From an uncultured Gammaproteobacteria bacterium (GTDB lineage Bacteria; Patescibacteriota; Microgenomatia; Levybacterales; GWA1-39-11): a stretch of 64,000 bases of DNA. The translations under genes and the position numbers were made by a program. The notes under the pieces were generated by a model. It was given only the letters and a program-made list of their open reading frames with translations, was not told the origin of the DNA and did no database searches. This document shows positions 55,856-64,000 of the stretch, one piece after another. The number at the start of each line of letters is the position of its first letter. Within the stretch, counting starts at the first letter, position 1. The stretch lies in contig CAZYWG010000002.1 of the NCBI GenBank assembly GCA_964651815.1, forward strand, positions 28,522-92,521, read 5' to 3'.

Positions 55856-56569
55856 CTAACTATTAAATAATGACTTTATTATTGCAAATGCACGCTCAAC
55901 TTCCCTATCTTCTAAAATTAGTGTTAGTTCGTGAAGAGTCGAAACTACCTCCAGAATGTTGACACCTTCCCACGCAAGGGATTTTAAGAAAAAGTAATAG
56001 ATTCCAGAATTATTTAATGCTTCACCGGGTAAATAAACCGTAAGAGTGGAAATATTTTTCAGATTTATCTGAGGATTTTTACTTTCAATTGTCGCTTTTT
56101 CCTGGTCAAATAAATCTTGGCTTAAAATAAACGACGTTTCGTGTATTCCCTGATTCTTTAAATATAATGAACGTGAAGTAGAATCCCGTGACAAAAGAAC
56201 GGATAAACCCGCAGTTTCATTATTTGGAAGAACGAAAAAAATAAGATTAGAACGAACCGCAATCTCAGGTGCACTTTTAAACACGCTTTGCTGCTGGTAT
56301 TTTGGTTTAAATTCAGACTCGAGCCTGTTGAGCGCCATAACAATTGATGCAACAGAAATTTTTTTGATGAGCATTTGTTCCAGCTCCGGCTTTATATAAC
56401 GCGCAAGTGAAGAATAATTTATAAGACCCTTAGATATCGCTTCCGACAAGTAACGCGAGCGCTCAACAATTTTTTTTGTAGCTTCTGGTACAGTTATCAT
56501 AAATTCAATGTCATTGCGAGGAACGAAGTTACGAAGCAATCTCTTGCAAGAAATTGCAGATACCTCCAC
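55856..56569 (-). CDS. hypothetical protein (possible ACT-like regulatory domains)
   Basis: GTG start in the track. The internal ATG at 56500 is an alternative. No firm motif. Confidence 0.35.
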   Translation of the reverse strand: MEVSAISCKRLLRNFVPRNDIEFMITVPEATKKIVERSRYLSEAISKGLINYSSLARYIKPELEQMLIKKISVASIVMALNRLESEFKPKYQQQSVFKSAPEIAVRSNLIFFVLPNNETAGLSVLLSRDSTSRSLYLKNQGIHETSFILSQDLFDQEKATIESKNPQINLKNISTLTVYLPGEALNNSGIYYFFLKSLAWEGVNILEVVSTLHELTLILEDREVERAFAIIKSLFNS

Positions 56570-56685
56570 AATGCTAATACATGTTTAAATTTTAACACAA
56601 TAAAGTAAAATGTAAACTTTTCTATAAAATTTGACGATTGTGTTTTAATGCCTTACGATTACTCTTGTGAAAGGAGGTATAAAAA

Positions 56686-57003
56686 ATGTTTAAAGGAGAA
56701 AGACCAAGCTTAGACCCAGACTACGGAAATTATATTGGAAACATGGTCAAATTAGAATCAACAAGGGTTGTAAATAAACAACCCATTGTAAAACAAACGC
56801 TAGCGCTGGTTCGCAATCCCGAACCGGATCAAATAAATGGACTTGACGGAGATGGATTTGTTGATAGACGATTCAATCCCTATGCTGAACCCAAAAGAGC
56901 TTTTGATGAAGAGGCAAAGGCTAGAGCGGAAAGCGAGGGAATGGTAGCAAGAAATGTTCAAAGACGAATACCCCGCGGCCAAGCTGTTAGAGTAAGCAGG
57001 TAG
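56686..57003 (+). CDS. hypothetical 105-aa protein
   Basis: Strong SD AAAGGAGG 8 nt upstream of the ATG. No motif. Confidence 0.45.
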   Translation: MFKGERPSLDPDYGNYIGNMVKLESTRVVNKQPIVKQTLALVRNPEPDQINGLDGDGFVDRRFNPYAEPKRAFDEEAKARAESEGMVARNVQRRIPRGQAVRVSR

Positions 57004-57019
57004 CCAGGTAGGTAAACCA

Positions 57020-57048
57020 TTGACATTAATCTTTTGCTGTAATATAAA
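57020..57048 (+). promoter_or_regulatory. putative promoter of purH
   Basis: TTGACA at 57020-57025, a 17-nt spacer, then TATAAA at 57043-57048, 11 nt before the purH ATG. Confidence 0.35.
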
Positions 57049-57059
57049 GGATTGTCCAC

Positions 57060-58631
57060 ATGGCAAAACCAACAGCAAAAAAACAGGATCGCTATGCACT
57101 AATAAGTGTTTTTGATAAAGCGGGAATTGTAGATTTTGCAAAGGTTTTAGATAAAATAGGCTACAAAATAATTTCAACCGGCGGCACTGCAAAAGTCTTA
57201 ACAGGAGCCGGGATTAAAATCATCCCCATCGAACAAGTCACTGGTGAACCTGAGAGCTTTGAAGGGAGAATGAAAACAATAAGCTTTCAGATTGAATCGG
57301 GGATTCTATACGATAGGACTAACCCAAAACACCTCAAAGAAGCCGAAAAACTTAAAATTAAACCTATAGATATTGTAGTAAACAACCTCTACCCGTTTGA
57401 ACAATCCGTTGCCAAGGTAAGCGTAAAACTTGTGGATGCTGTTGAAAATATTGACGTTGGCGGCCCTACAATGATTCGCGCGGCGGCCAAAAACTTCAAA
57501 AATGTTTTAATTGTCGTAAACCCAAAAGATTATTCGGAAGTTGCGTCAAAATTGCAAAAAAATGATCTAAACGAAAAATATCGTCAGACTTTGGCCGCAA
57601 AAGCCTTTCAACATTTGTCTTTCTATGATTCCCAAATTGCACGATTCCTGAATCAAGAAGAATTTCCGGAAGAATTGACTCTTCCAGGGAGAAAAGCGTT
57701 GACCCTTAGATATGGAGAAAATCCTCACCAAAAATCCGCTGTATATATAGAACCAAATACAAACTCTCCGCTTGCAAAACTTCAAAAACACACAGGACGG
57801 GATCTTTCATACGTTAATTTTACCGATATTGCGGCTGGTCTTGAATCTGTCCGTTTTTTTGATGAGCCGGCAGCAGTTGTCATAAAACATAATAGCCCTT
57901 CTGGTGTGGCACTTGGACAAGACGCCGCGGAATCATTAGAACGCGCTGTTGCTGCAGATCCTGAATCTGCTTTTGGAGGGGTAATGGTATTAAATAAGCC
58001 TCTCGATTTAAAAACTGCCAAAACTTTTGCCGGATTTAAAGAAGAAAACGGAGTTTTAATAGATATAGTTGCAGCGCCGTCAATCAATTCCGACGCGATG
58101 GAATTTATAAAAACAGTTCGAAAGACGACTGGAATTTATACTTTTGGGAAAATTCCTGTTAAGCGAACTAATAATCAACATGTGAGGTTTTTTGATGGAG
58201 GATTCGTTGTTCAAGATTGGGACGACGGCGCGAATTTTGATAATTGGAAAGTAGCTGGGAAAGTTAAACCCACAAAAAAGCAAATGGAACAGATGCAACT
58301 CGCATGGAAGTTTGTTGCAAGAATAAAATCAAATACAATCCTTGTAGTAGATAAAAATCTACCAATGACAAGAGGAATTGGCTCGGGTCAGACGTCGCGT
58401 GTAAGATCCACTAAAATCGCGCTGGAACAAGCGGGTTTATATTCCAAAGGCGCGATTCTTGCAAGCGACAGCTTCTTCCCATTCGACGACAGTGTAAAAC
58501 TGGCTGCTAAGGCAGGAATTGCCGCAATAGTAGAACAAGGAGGCTCAATTAATGATCAGCTTTCGATCAACGCGGCAGACAAGGCTGGCATACCTATTAT
58601 ATTCACTGGCGAACGCCGCTTCTGGCACTGA
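57060..58631 (+). CDS. purH: bifunctional AICAR transformylase / IMP cyclohydrolase
   Basis: N-terminal MGS-like cyclohydrolase domain (YALISVFDKAGIVDFAKVL...ISTGGTAK) and a C-terminal AICARFT domain. Confidence 0.9.
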   Translation: MAKPTAKKQDRYALISVFDKAGIVDFAKVLDKIGYKIISTGGTAKVLTGAGIKIIPIEQVTGEPESFEGRMKTISFQIESGILYDRTNPKHLKEAEKLKIKPIDIVVNNLYPFEQSVAKVSVKLVDAVENIDVGGPTMIRAAAKNFKNVLIVVNPKDYSEVASKLQKNDLNEKYRQTLAAKAFQHLSFYDSQIARFLNQEEFPEELTLPGRKALTLRYGENPHQKSAVYIEPNTNSPLAKLQKHTGRDLSYVNFTDIAAGLESVRFFDEPAAVVIKHNSPSGVALGQDAAESLERAVAADPESAFGGVMVLNKPLDLKTAKTFAGFKEENGVLIDIVAAPSINSDAMEFIKTVRKTTGIYTFGKIPVKRTNNQHVRFFDGGFVVQDWDDGANFDNWKVAGKVKPTKKQMEQMQLAWKFVARIKSNTILVVDKNLPMTRGIGSGQTSRVRSTKIALEQAGLYSKGAILASDSFFPFDDSVKLAAKAGIAAIVEQGGSINDQLSINAADKAGIPIIFTGERRFWH

Positions 58632-58674
58632 GTACAATTAAATTCCCGAACGACTCGAACCAAACTTATAAATC

Positions 58675-61638
58675 CTAGGCTGCACGAAGAGTATCCCAAT
58701 CACTTTGAATACTTAATATTGCTTGCTCTTGTTCTGTTAAAGATCCACCGTCATTAAGCTTACCCGCAATTTGAGATACACGATCTATCATTGTGACAAA
58801 CACCGACTCCATTGCATGACGAAACATAACCTCGTGATCTTTTGCTCCGGGATAATTATGAGCTATCTCATGCCCAAAAGTCCTCAAGGCCTCAGTAAAA
58901 TTCACATCCAAAAGTCCTTTGTGTAAACCTATTGCTTTTTGGCCCAAATTAATTCCTTTACTACCGGTTCCCTCATAAATAAAAAGATCATTTACTACGG
59001 CCATGCCAGTCGTAAGCTCCGCATACGTTTTAAGTAGTCCCAGTTGCGCAAGTTGCCTTTCTGAGGGACCTACTACAATTTCAAATTCATTAACGTCATC
59101 CCCTTCCGGATTCAACCGACTTACAACGCTTCTTAGCTTCTGCATCAACGCATTTCGAGTAACATCGGCAGGTGTTGCTTCCGTCACTGTTCGTACTGTT
59201 GAAATTTCAGCTTGATTTTGCTCATTAACTAAGTCCACTAAATGTCTTCCGGTTAAGTAACCTGCGCTCTGACCAAGCCTACCGTAAAAATCTCCACTAT
59301 TTCTCCACTCCATATATTTTTCGATTTCAGATTTGCCGTGTACTTCAATTTTTGGTTTCGGCACTACCTTATCCAGAGCATTAACCATACCAACTAATCC
59401 CGGTAAATTTTCGTCCATTTTTGCAACTCTTTCTTTTTCACTATCAGAAATTTTAACTTCTCTTTCAATAACTTCTCCATGTTGAATTAGTTCTGGACTG
59501 TCCGGTTGAACAACATGAACTTCCCCGAATTGTCTCTGAAGTTCTTTGTGTCTATTAATTAAGTCTTTTTCATCTTCTGCAAGAGCGGCCGGATCTTTTG
59601 AAATTGCTAAAATGTATAAATTTTCATCCTCGGCAGTCCAAGGCTTTTGATTACCAGGAAATATTTCTCCTATATCTTTTGGGCCCGCTTCTCCGGCTTG
59701 TCTGTCGGAAGAATCCGAGATGTCAATCTGCCCGACAATTTCTTCCCCCGAATCTCCTGCCGGATTCGCCTGCAAACCTTCCGCCAGAGCTGAGTTCGAC
59801 GCATTTTTTAAGGCTTCCCTAAATATGGAGGTGAACTCAGGATTGAAATCAATTTCAATAAAAGTACCTTGGTCATTTTCATTTTTGATATTTCTTGTAA
59901 TAAGAGCCGTTTCTTCCGTTGTAAAATCATATTTTGCATCAAATGTTGTTAAAAATTCTCCTTGAGATGTAAAAATCTTGTCAAAAACATGCTCGCTTAA
60001 ACCATATGCTACTACACCGCGCAATAAAAATAACAGTCTTTGGGCATCATCTTTTTGCTTTGGTAAAGCGTGGAACAGTAAATCTTTTGATATTTTATCT
60101 TTTAAATATAACCTGGCGGTGTCAGGTCTCTCTTCTCTTTCTTCCAATCTCAAAATATGAGGAGCAAGACGACTCGCCGCCATTTGCAAAAAAGCGGAAG
60201 GATCTTCTATTTCCGGAAAGTCTTCATAAAAAACCTCCATTCCAAATTCTTGGGCAAATTTTTCTTTTTCATGCTGAGGCAATTTAGGTGCTTCATTGCT
60301 TGCAACTTCAAGAGAACCTAGCTTGCTGCTCGCTTTTGGCATACCGATTTGTTCAAAATATGATGGGCAAATAATATATCCCTGTTTTTGTAGTTCGGCA
60401 ATTTGGCCACGGTCCGCAGCACGATCGAAACTCAAATACTTTTTTGATCCGAATTCTTTTGAGTAATTTTCTTTATCCCAACCCTTTTTATAAGGCAGTT
60501 TCCTTGCAAGTTTTTCTATTATTACACTTGCACCTTCCGCTTCACCGAAATTCGAATCAATATGTCCAGCCCACAGATATTCTGATGTGTGTAATTGTCC
60601 TACAACATCGTCCATCGACATATTACTAATCATGGGATCAAGATACTGCGCCAATTCAAATTGATTAACCGGCGGCCGATCAATACTCATTTTATATTTA
60701 ATGTTATTTAGTCTTATTGTTGCATTCTCTGGTCCAACCCAATAATCTTCTGCTGTTGCCCCCTTTCCTTTGTAATTCATAACTTGGCCGTTTATAAAAA
60801 GGCGTCCTCGAGTGGGGACTGATCCGTCTGATAATGGTAGCCATTTTATTGCTCCGTATTGATTTTCGTAATCCATATTTTGTAAATAAGGATTTTCTTT
60901 GGATACGCCAAGAGATGGTAGCTGCTGCAATGCTTGAACTACATCAGGGTTTGCAGTTGTAATAATATATGCATTTTTTCCGGTAGGACGTGCTTCAGCA
61001 ATATCAGCAACCAACCAATCATGATTTACACGATAACGTGGATCCAGATTCTGCATTTCCGCAAGCTCTCCATTAACCTGGGCAGCTTTTGCTAAACGAT
61101 AATGTACGGCCCATCCTTCTCCATCTATTTCAAATTGTTCAACTCCAAAGTCTCTTAAAAAACGAATTGCGGTTTGTTTAAGACCAATTCCGTTTCCACC
61201 GGCAGTATTAATATCTGCTGGTTTCTCCGAATGAGGACTTAAAACTCCTGTTGGATCGGCAAATGGCCAGTCTCCTTCTATTCTGAATTGTGTTGCGCCA
61301 TCTTTATGAGGAACACCCGAAAATCTTACTCCGTCAAGCGTACCGGGATGCTGAGGATTATGATCAACAAAGTTTTGAACGAGTTCTCTTGTAAGCCATG
61401 CGGCGTTGTACTCATCCCTAGATTTATCCAAAAAACTATCTGTAGCTATTGCGTGAACATCAACTTTTTTTCTTCTATAAAATTCCTGTAATAATCTTTG
61501 GTCTGTAACTACTCCGTCAATTTTTATTGCTGCATCAGGACGAACCTGACGCGCATCTCCTCTTCCCGGAATTAATCTTCTTAGTCCGCTAAATTTTGTA
61601 TCTTTGGGACCTCCGGCTCCCGCGTCTACTGGCTCCAT
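58675..61638 (-). CDS. orphan 987-aa protein with an N-terminal GHKL (Bergerat-fold) ATPase-like region and a C-terminal HExxH zincin-like motif
   Basis: N-box-like RELVQNFVDHN, G2-like NTAGGNGIGLKQTA, and C-terminal FGHEIAHNYPGAKDHE. GC is locally higher (about 43-50% in sampled segments) than the flanks. Confidence 0.5.
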   Translation of the reverse strand: MEPVDAGAGGPKDTKFSGLRRLIPGRGDARQVRPDAAIKIDGVVTDQRLLQEFYRRKKVDVHAIATDSFLDKSRDEYNAAWLTRELVQNFVDHNPQHPGTLDGVRFSGVPHKDGATQFRIEGDWPFADPTGVLSPHSEKPADINTAGGNGIGLKQTAIRFLRDFGVEQFEIDGEGWAVHYRLAKAAQVNGELAEMQNLDPRYRVNHDWLVADIAEARPTGKNAYIITTANPDVVQALQQLPSLGVSKENPYLQNMDYENQYGAIKWLPLSDGSVPTRGRLFINGQVMNYKGKGATAEDYWVGPENATIRLNNIKYKMSIDRPPVNQFELAQYLDPMISNMSMDDVVGQLHTSEYLWAGHIDSNFGEAEGASVIIEKLARKLPYKKGWDKENYSKEFGSKKYLSFDRAADRGQIAELQKQGYIICPSYFEQIGMPKASSKLGSLEVASNEAPKLPQHEKEKFAQEFGMEVFYEDFPEIEDPSAFLQMAASRLAPHILRLEEREERPDTARLYLKDKISKDLLFHALPKQKDDAQRLLFLLRGVVAYGLSEHVFDKIFTSQGEFLTTFDAKYDFTTEETALITRNIKNENDQGTFIEIDFNPEFTSIFREALKNASNSALAEGLQANPAGDSGEEIVGQIDISDSSDRQAGEAGPKDIGEIFPGNQKPWTAEDENLYILAISKDPAALAEDEKDLINRHKELQRQFGEVHVVQPDSPELIQHGEVIEREVKISDSEKERVAKMDENLPGLVGMVNALDKVVPKPKIEVHGKSEIEKYMEWRNSGDFYGRLGQSAGYLTGRHLVDLVNEQNQAEISTVRTVTEATPADVTRNALMQKLRSVVSRLNPEGDDVNEFEIVVGPSERQLAQLGLLKTYAELTTGMAVVNDLFIYEGTGSKGINLGQKAIGLHKGLLDVNFTEALRTFGHEIAHNYPGAKDHEVMFRHAMESVFVTMIDRVSQIAGKLNDGGSLTEQEQAILSIQSDWDTLRAA

Positions 61639-61699
61639 ACTTCAGTATAGCAAAATCAGGTGATCGTACAAATCCGACAATGGAGTATTATATGTATGA

Positions 61700-64000
61700 C
61701 TAGGGGTTAGTGTATTCTTTCCAGGATTTTATTTTTATGTCCTCGAGCTTTTTTTTAGTTATAGCTTTGATAAAGAGTTCTGCTTTTTGAAAATTGGTAA
61801 AAATAGGAATATTTTTGTCAACTGCCATGCGCCTCATTATATATCCATCCGCAAAATCTTTTCTTGCTTCGTCATCTGAAATATTTACTGCCATATCTAC
61901 TTCACCGTTCTGGAAATAATCGAGAATATTAGGATTTTTATTCTCATGTATTTTATTCAATTTTCTCACTCGTATCCCTTTTTTCTGAAAATAAGCGCTA
62001 GTTTTTTCTGTTGCAAAAAGAGGAATTTTTAGAGTTGCAAGACGTCTCGCACTTTCTAGAAATCTTGCTTTATTATCGTCTCCCCCAAGGCTTATAAAAA
62101 TTCCTTTCTTAGGGATTTTTCCTCCAACGGAAAGCTCCGCAAGTAAAAATGCTTCTTCAGCATCGTCTCCAAAACATGCAACTTCCCCAGTTGATGCCAT
62201 TTCTACATCTAAAACTGGATCTGCCCCAGTCAATCTAGCAAAAGAAAACTGCGCTACTTTTGCCGCAACAAAATCAAAATCAGCAAAATTATTATGTAAA
62301 TACTGAATTTTTTTATGGAAGAAGGCATCAGTTGCCGCTTCAATCATGTTAATTCCTGTCACTTTTGAAATGAATGGAAAAGTCCTTGATGCTCTGAGGT
62401 TAATTTCGATAACAGAAACTACGTTGTCGCGCGCTAAACATTGAATGTTGAATGGCCCAGTAATTTTAAGAGACGAAGCCAGATCGCGCGCTATTTTTTT
62501 AAGTGAGCGGAGAGTTTCAAAATAAATTTTTTGAGCCGGCAAAAGAATGGATGCGTCGCCCGAGTGGACTCCCGCATTTTCAACATGCTCCGAAACAACA
62601 AATATTTTTAACTCTCCATCTTCCGCAACGCAATCTACTTCAATTTCTTTTGCGTCTTTTATGAATTTAGAAACCGTTACCGGGTGGTCTTTTGAAACAA
62701 CTATTGTCTTGAAATATTTTAAAAGGTCTTCTTTGGTATAACAAACTTTCATATTACTTCCAGACAACACATAAGATGGACGGATCAATACTGGAAACCC
62801 TAAATTTTTGGAAAATTTTGTAACTTCTGAAACTTTTACAAATTTAAACCAAGATGGTTGACTGATTTTGAGTGAATCAAGAAGCGCCGAAAATTTAGTT
62901 CTGTCTTCAGCCCTATCAATATCTTTTGAACTCGTTCCCAAAATATGGCACCCATACGCATCCAGAGATTTTGCGCGATTATTAGGGGTTTGACCACCAA
63001 CTGAAATTATTACGCCGTATGAATTTTCAAAATCATAAATGTCAGCTATTCGCTCAAATGTCAATTCTTCAAAATAAAGACGGTCAGAAATATCATAGTC
63101 GGTTGAAACAGTTTCAGGATTGCAATTGATAGTAATTGAGCGCTTTTTGTTTTTCTTAAGTGCAAGAACTGTATTGACACTTGTCCAATCAAATTCCACT
63201 GATGAACCGATTCTATAAGGACCCGAACCCAAAACAATTACTCCTTCCTTTTTTAGCGGCTCAACATCATTGTGGCTTCCTGCATAAGTCATGTAAAGAT
63301 AATTGGTTTTTGCGGGAAATTCTCCTGCCAGAGTATCTATTTGAAAAACAGATGGAATAATATTGTATTTTTTACGAATCTCCCTAATTTCAAGCCCTTT
63401 TTTCCCAACCAGCATTCCAATTCTTTTGTCTGAAAACCCCAAGATCTTCAGTTTTAAAAGCGTATCAGCATCCAATTTTTTAGAGCTATATAGCTTCTTT
63501 TCTTCATCAACTATGTTTTTGATTCTGTAAAGAAACCAGGGGTCAATTCCTGAAAGCCGATAAATATCATCTACGGAATAACCTTCATAAAAAGCCCTCG
63601 CTATACCAAACATTCTGAAAGAGGTTGGTGCAAGTAGTGTTTTGATATCCGGCTTCTTGTTTTCGTTTCGGAAAACATCTTCATCAACTGCTCCTTCAAA
63701 ACCCAAATCAAGCATGCGCAGCGCCTTCTGATATGCTTCTTCAAAAGTTCTACCAATTCCCATCACCTCACCTACTGACCTCATACTGCTACCAATTACG
63801 TCTTCTGCGTGTTTGAATTTTTTCGTATCCCAACGCGGTATTTTAACCGTTACATAGTCTAATGCCGGCTCAAAACAAGATTGAGTTACTTCAGTTACCT
63901 TATTTTTTAATTCAGTTAAACTTTTCCCCAGCGCCAATTTCGCTGCAACATATGCAAGTGGATAACCGGTTGCTTTACTCGCTAAAGCTGAGCTACGTGA
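61700..64000 (-). CDS. carB: carbamoyl-phosphate synthase large subunit, C-terminal half plus MGS-like domain; the 5' end lies beyond the window
   Basis: ATP-grasp domain 2 (GVHSGDASILLPAQKI), an oligomerisation domain and C-terminal MGS-like GIFISLGGDDNK. The reading frame continues past nt 64000 (ASKATGYPLAYVAAKLALG). Confidence 0.9.
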   Translation of the reverse strand, partial: SRSSALASKATGYPLAYVAAKLALGKSLTELKNKVTEVTQSCFEPALDYVTVKIPRWDTKKFKHAEDVIGSSMRSVGEVMGIGRTFEEAYQKALRMLDLGFEGAVDEDVFRNENKKPDIKTLLAPTSFRMFGIARAFYEGYSVDDIYRLSGIDPWFLYRIKNIVDEEKKLYSSKKLDADTLLKLKILGFSDKRIGMLVGKKGLEIREIRKKYNIIPSVFQIDTLAGEFPAKTNYLYMTYAGSHNDVEPLKKEGVIVLGSGPYRIGSSVEFDWTSVNTVLALKKNKKRSITINCNPETVSTDYDISDRLYFEELTFERIADIYDFENSYGVIISVGGQTPNNRAKSLDAYGCHILGTSSKDIDRAEDRTKFSALLDSLKISQPSWFKFVKVSEVTKFSKNLGFPVLIRPSYVLSGSNMKVCYTKEDLLKYFKTIVVSKDHPVTVSKFIKDAKEIEVDCVAEDGELKIFVVSEHVENAGVHSGDASILLPAQKIYFETLRSLKKIARDLASSLKITGPFNIQCLARDNVVSVIEINLRASRTFPFISKVTGINMIEAATDAFFHKKIQYLHNNFADFDFVAAKVAQFSFARLTGADPVLDVEMASTGEVACFGDDAEEAFLLAELSVGGKIPKKGIFISLGGDDNKARFLESARRLATLKIPLFATEKTSAYFQKKGIRVRKLNKIHENKNPNILDYFQNGEVDMAVNISDDEARKDFADGYIMRRMAVDKNIPIFTNFQKAELFIKAITKKKLEDIKIKSWKEYTNP

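Noticed and set aside
59003-60629. Several 60-93-aa + strand ORFs (59003, 59598, 59720, 59978, 60006, 60444)
   Set aside because: All lie inside, and antisense to, the continuous 987-aa ORF. They have no SD or domain signal and are more likely frame artefacts. The elevated GC here makes spurious long antisense ORFs more probable.
1-64000. CRISPR arrays, rRNA, transposases/integrases, prophage genes
   Set aside because: No regularly spaced direct repeats were seen. No rRNA-like conserved stretches and no DDE, tyrosine or serine recombinase motifs appear in any ORF. The window appears to be core chromosome plus a few orphan genes.

Overview
This 64 kb window is densely coding on both strands, with about 70 CDS and very short intergenic spacers. 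Many gene boundaries are 4-nt ATGA start/stop overlaps. GC content is low, in the high 30s % by eye. No rRNA, tRNA, CRISPR array, transposase or integrase was recognised. The genetic code looks standard: a full-length RF2 carrying the SPF and GGQ motifs is present, and nothing suggests UGA recoding. The gene content resembles a streamlined Patescibacteria/CPR-like bacterium. Supporting this are an IMPDH that lacks the CBS subdomain, a 103-aa TsaB, a 414-aa GluRS, a short archaeal-type Asp/AsnRS, a four-helix-bundle protein, a DUF3048 lipoprotein, a lamin-tail-domain protein, and many small Zn-ribbon or membrane ORFs. This assignment is an inference from gene content only.

Layout along the window:
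- 1-19 kb, housekeeping: otsA (partial), guaB, guaA, gltX, aspS/asnS, recJ, cca, yqeY, secDF.
- 20-32 kb, nucleotide-sugar/glycosylation island: GT2 enzymes, a GT-C ArnT/PMT-like transferase, a Ppm1-like GT2-GtrA fusion, UXS, gmd, an Rmd-like reductase, ugd, rmlA, rmlB, rmlD and a methyltransferase.
- 32-39 kb, envelope cluster: two CAP-domain proteins, tsaB-tsaC-tsaE, the LTD protein, and ftsE-ftsX followed by a PcsB-like coiled-coil hydrolase.
- 39-48 kb, mixed: Nudix, four-helix-bundle protein, prfB, and a same-strand pair of apparently degenerate peptidase homologues (a subtilase-like giant secreted protein and an RDD::signal-peptidase-I fusion lacking the Ser/Lys dyad). Also MazG-like, an OmpR-type response regulator, and YeaQ and YggT membrane proteins.
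- 48-57 kb: UDG family 4, a GAF sensor histidine kinase, a Cys-rich gene pair convergent with a VirB4/VirD4-like ATPase, a ROK kinase and small hypotheticals.
- 57-64 kb: purH, an orphan 987-aa protein with an N-terminal GHKL-like region, a C-terminal HExxH motif and GC above its surroundings, then the carB C-terminus (partial).

The features most worth follow-up are the 987-aa GHKL/HExxH orphan, the Cys-rich pair with the VirB4-like ATPase, the ftsEX-linked C39-like hydrolase, the pseudo-peptidase pair, and a putative protein O-glycosylation module (PMT-like plus Ppm1-like enzymes alongside Pro/Thr-linker surface proteins).
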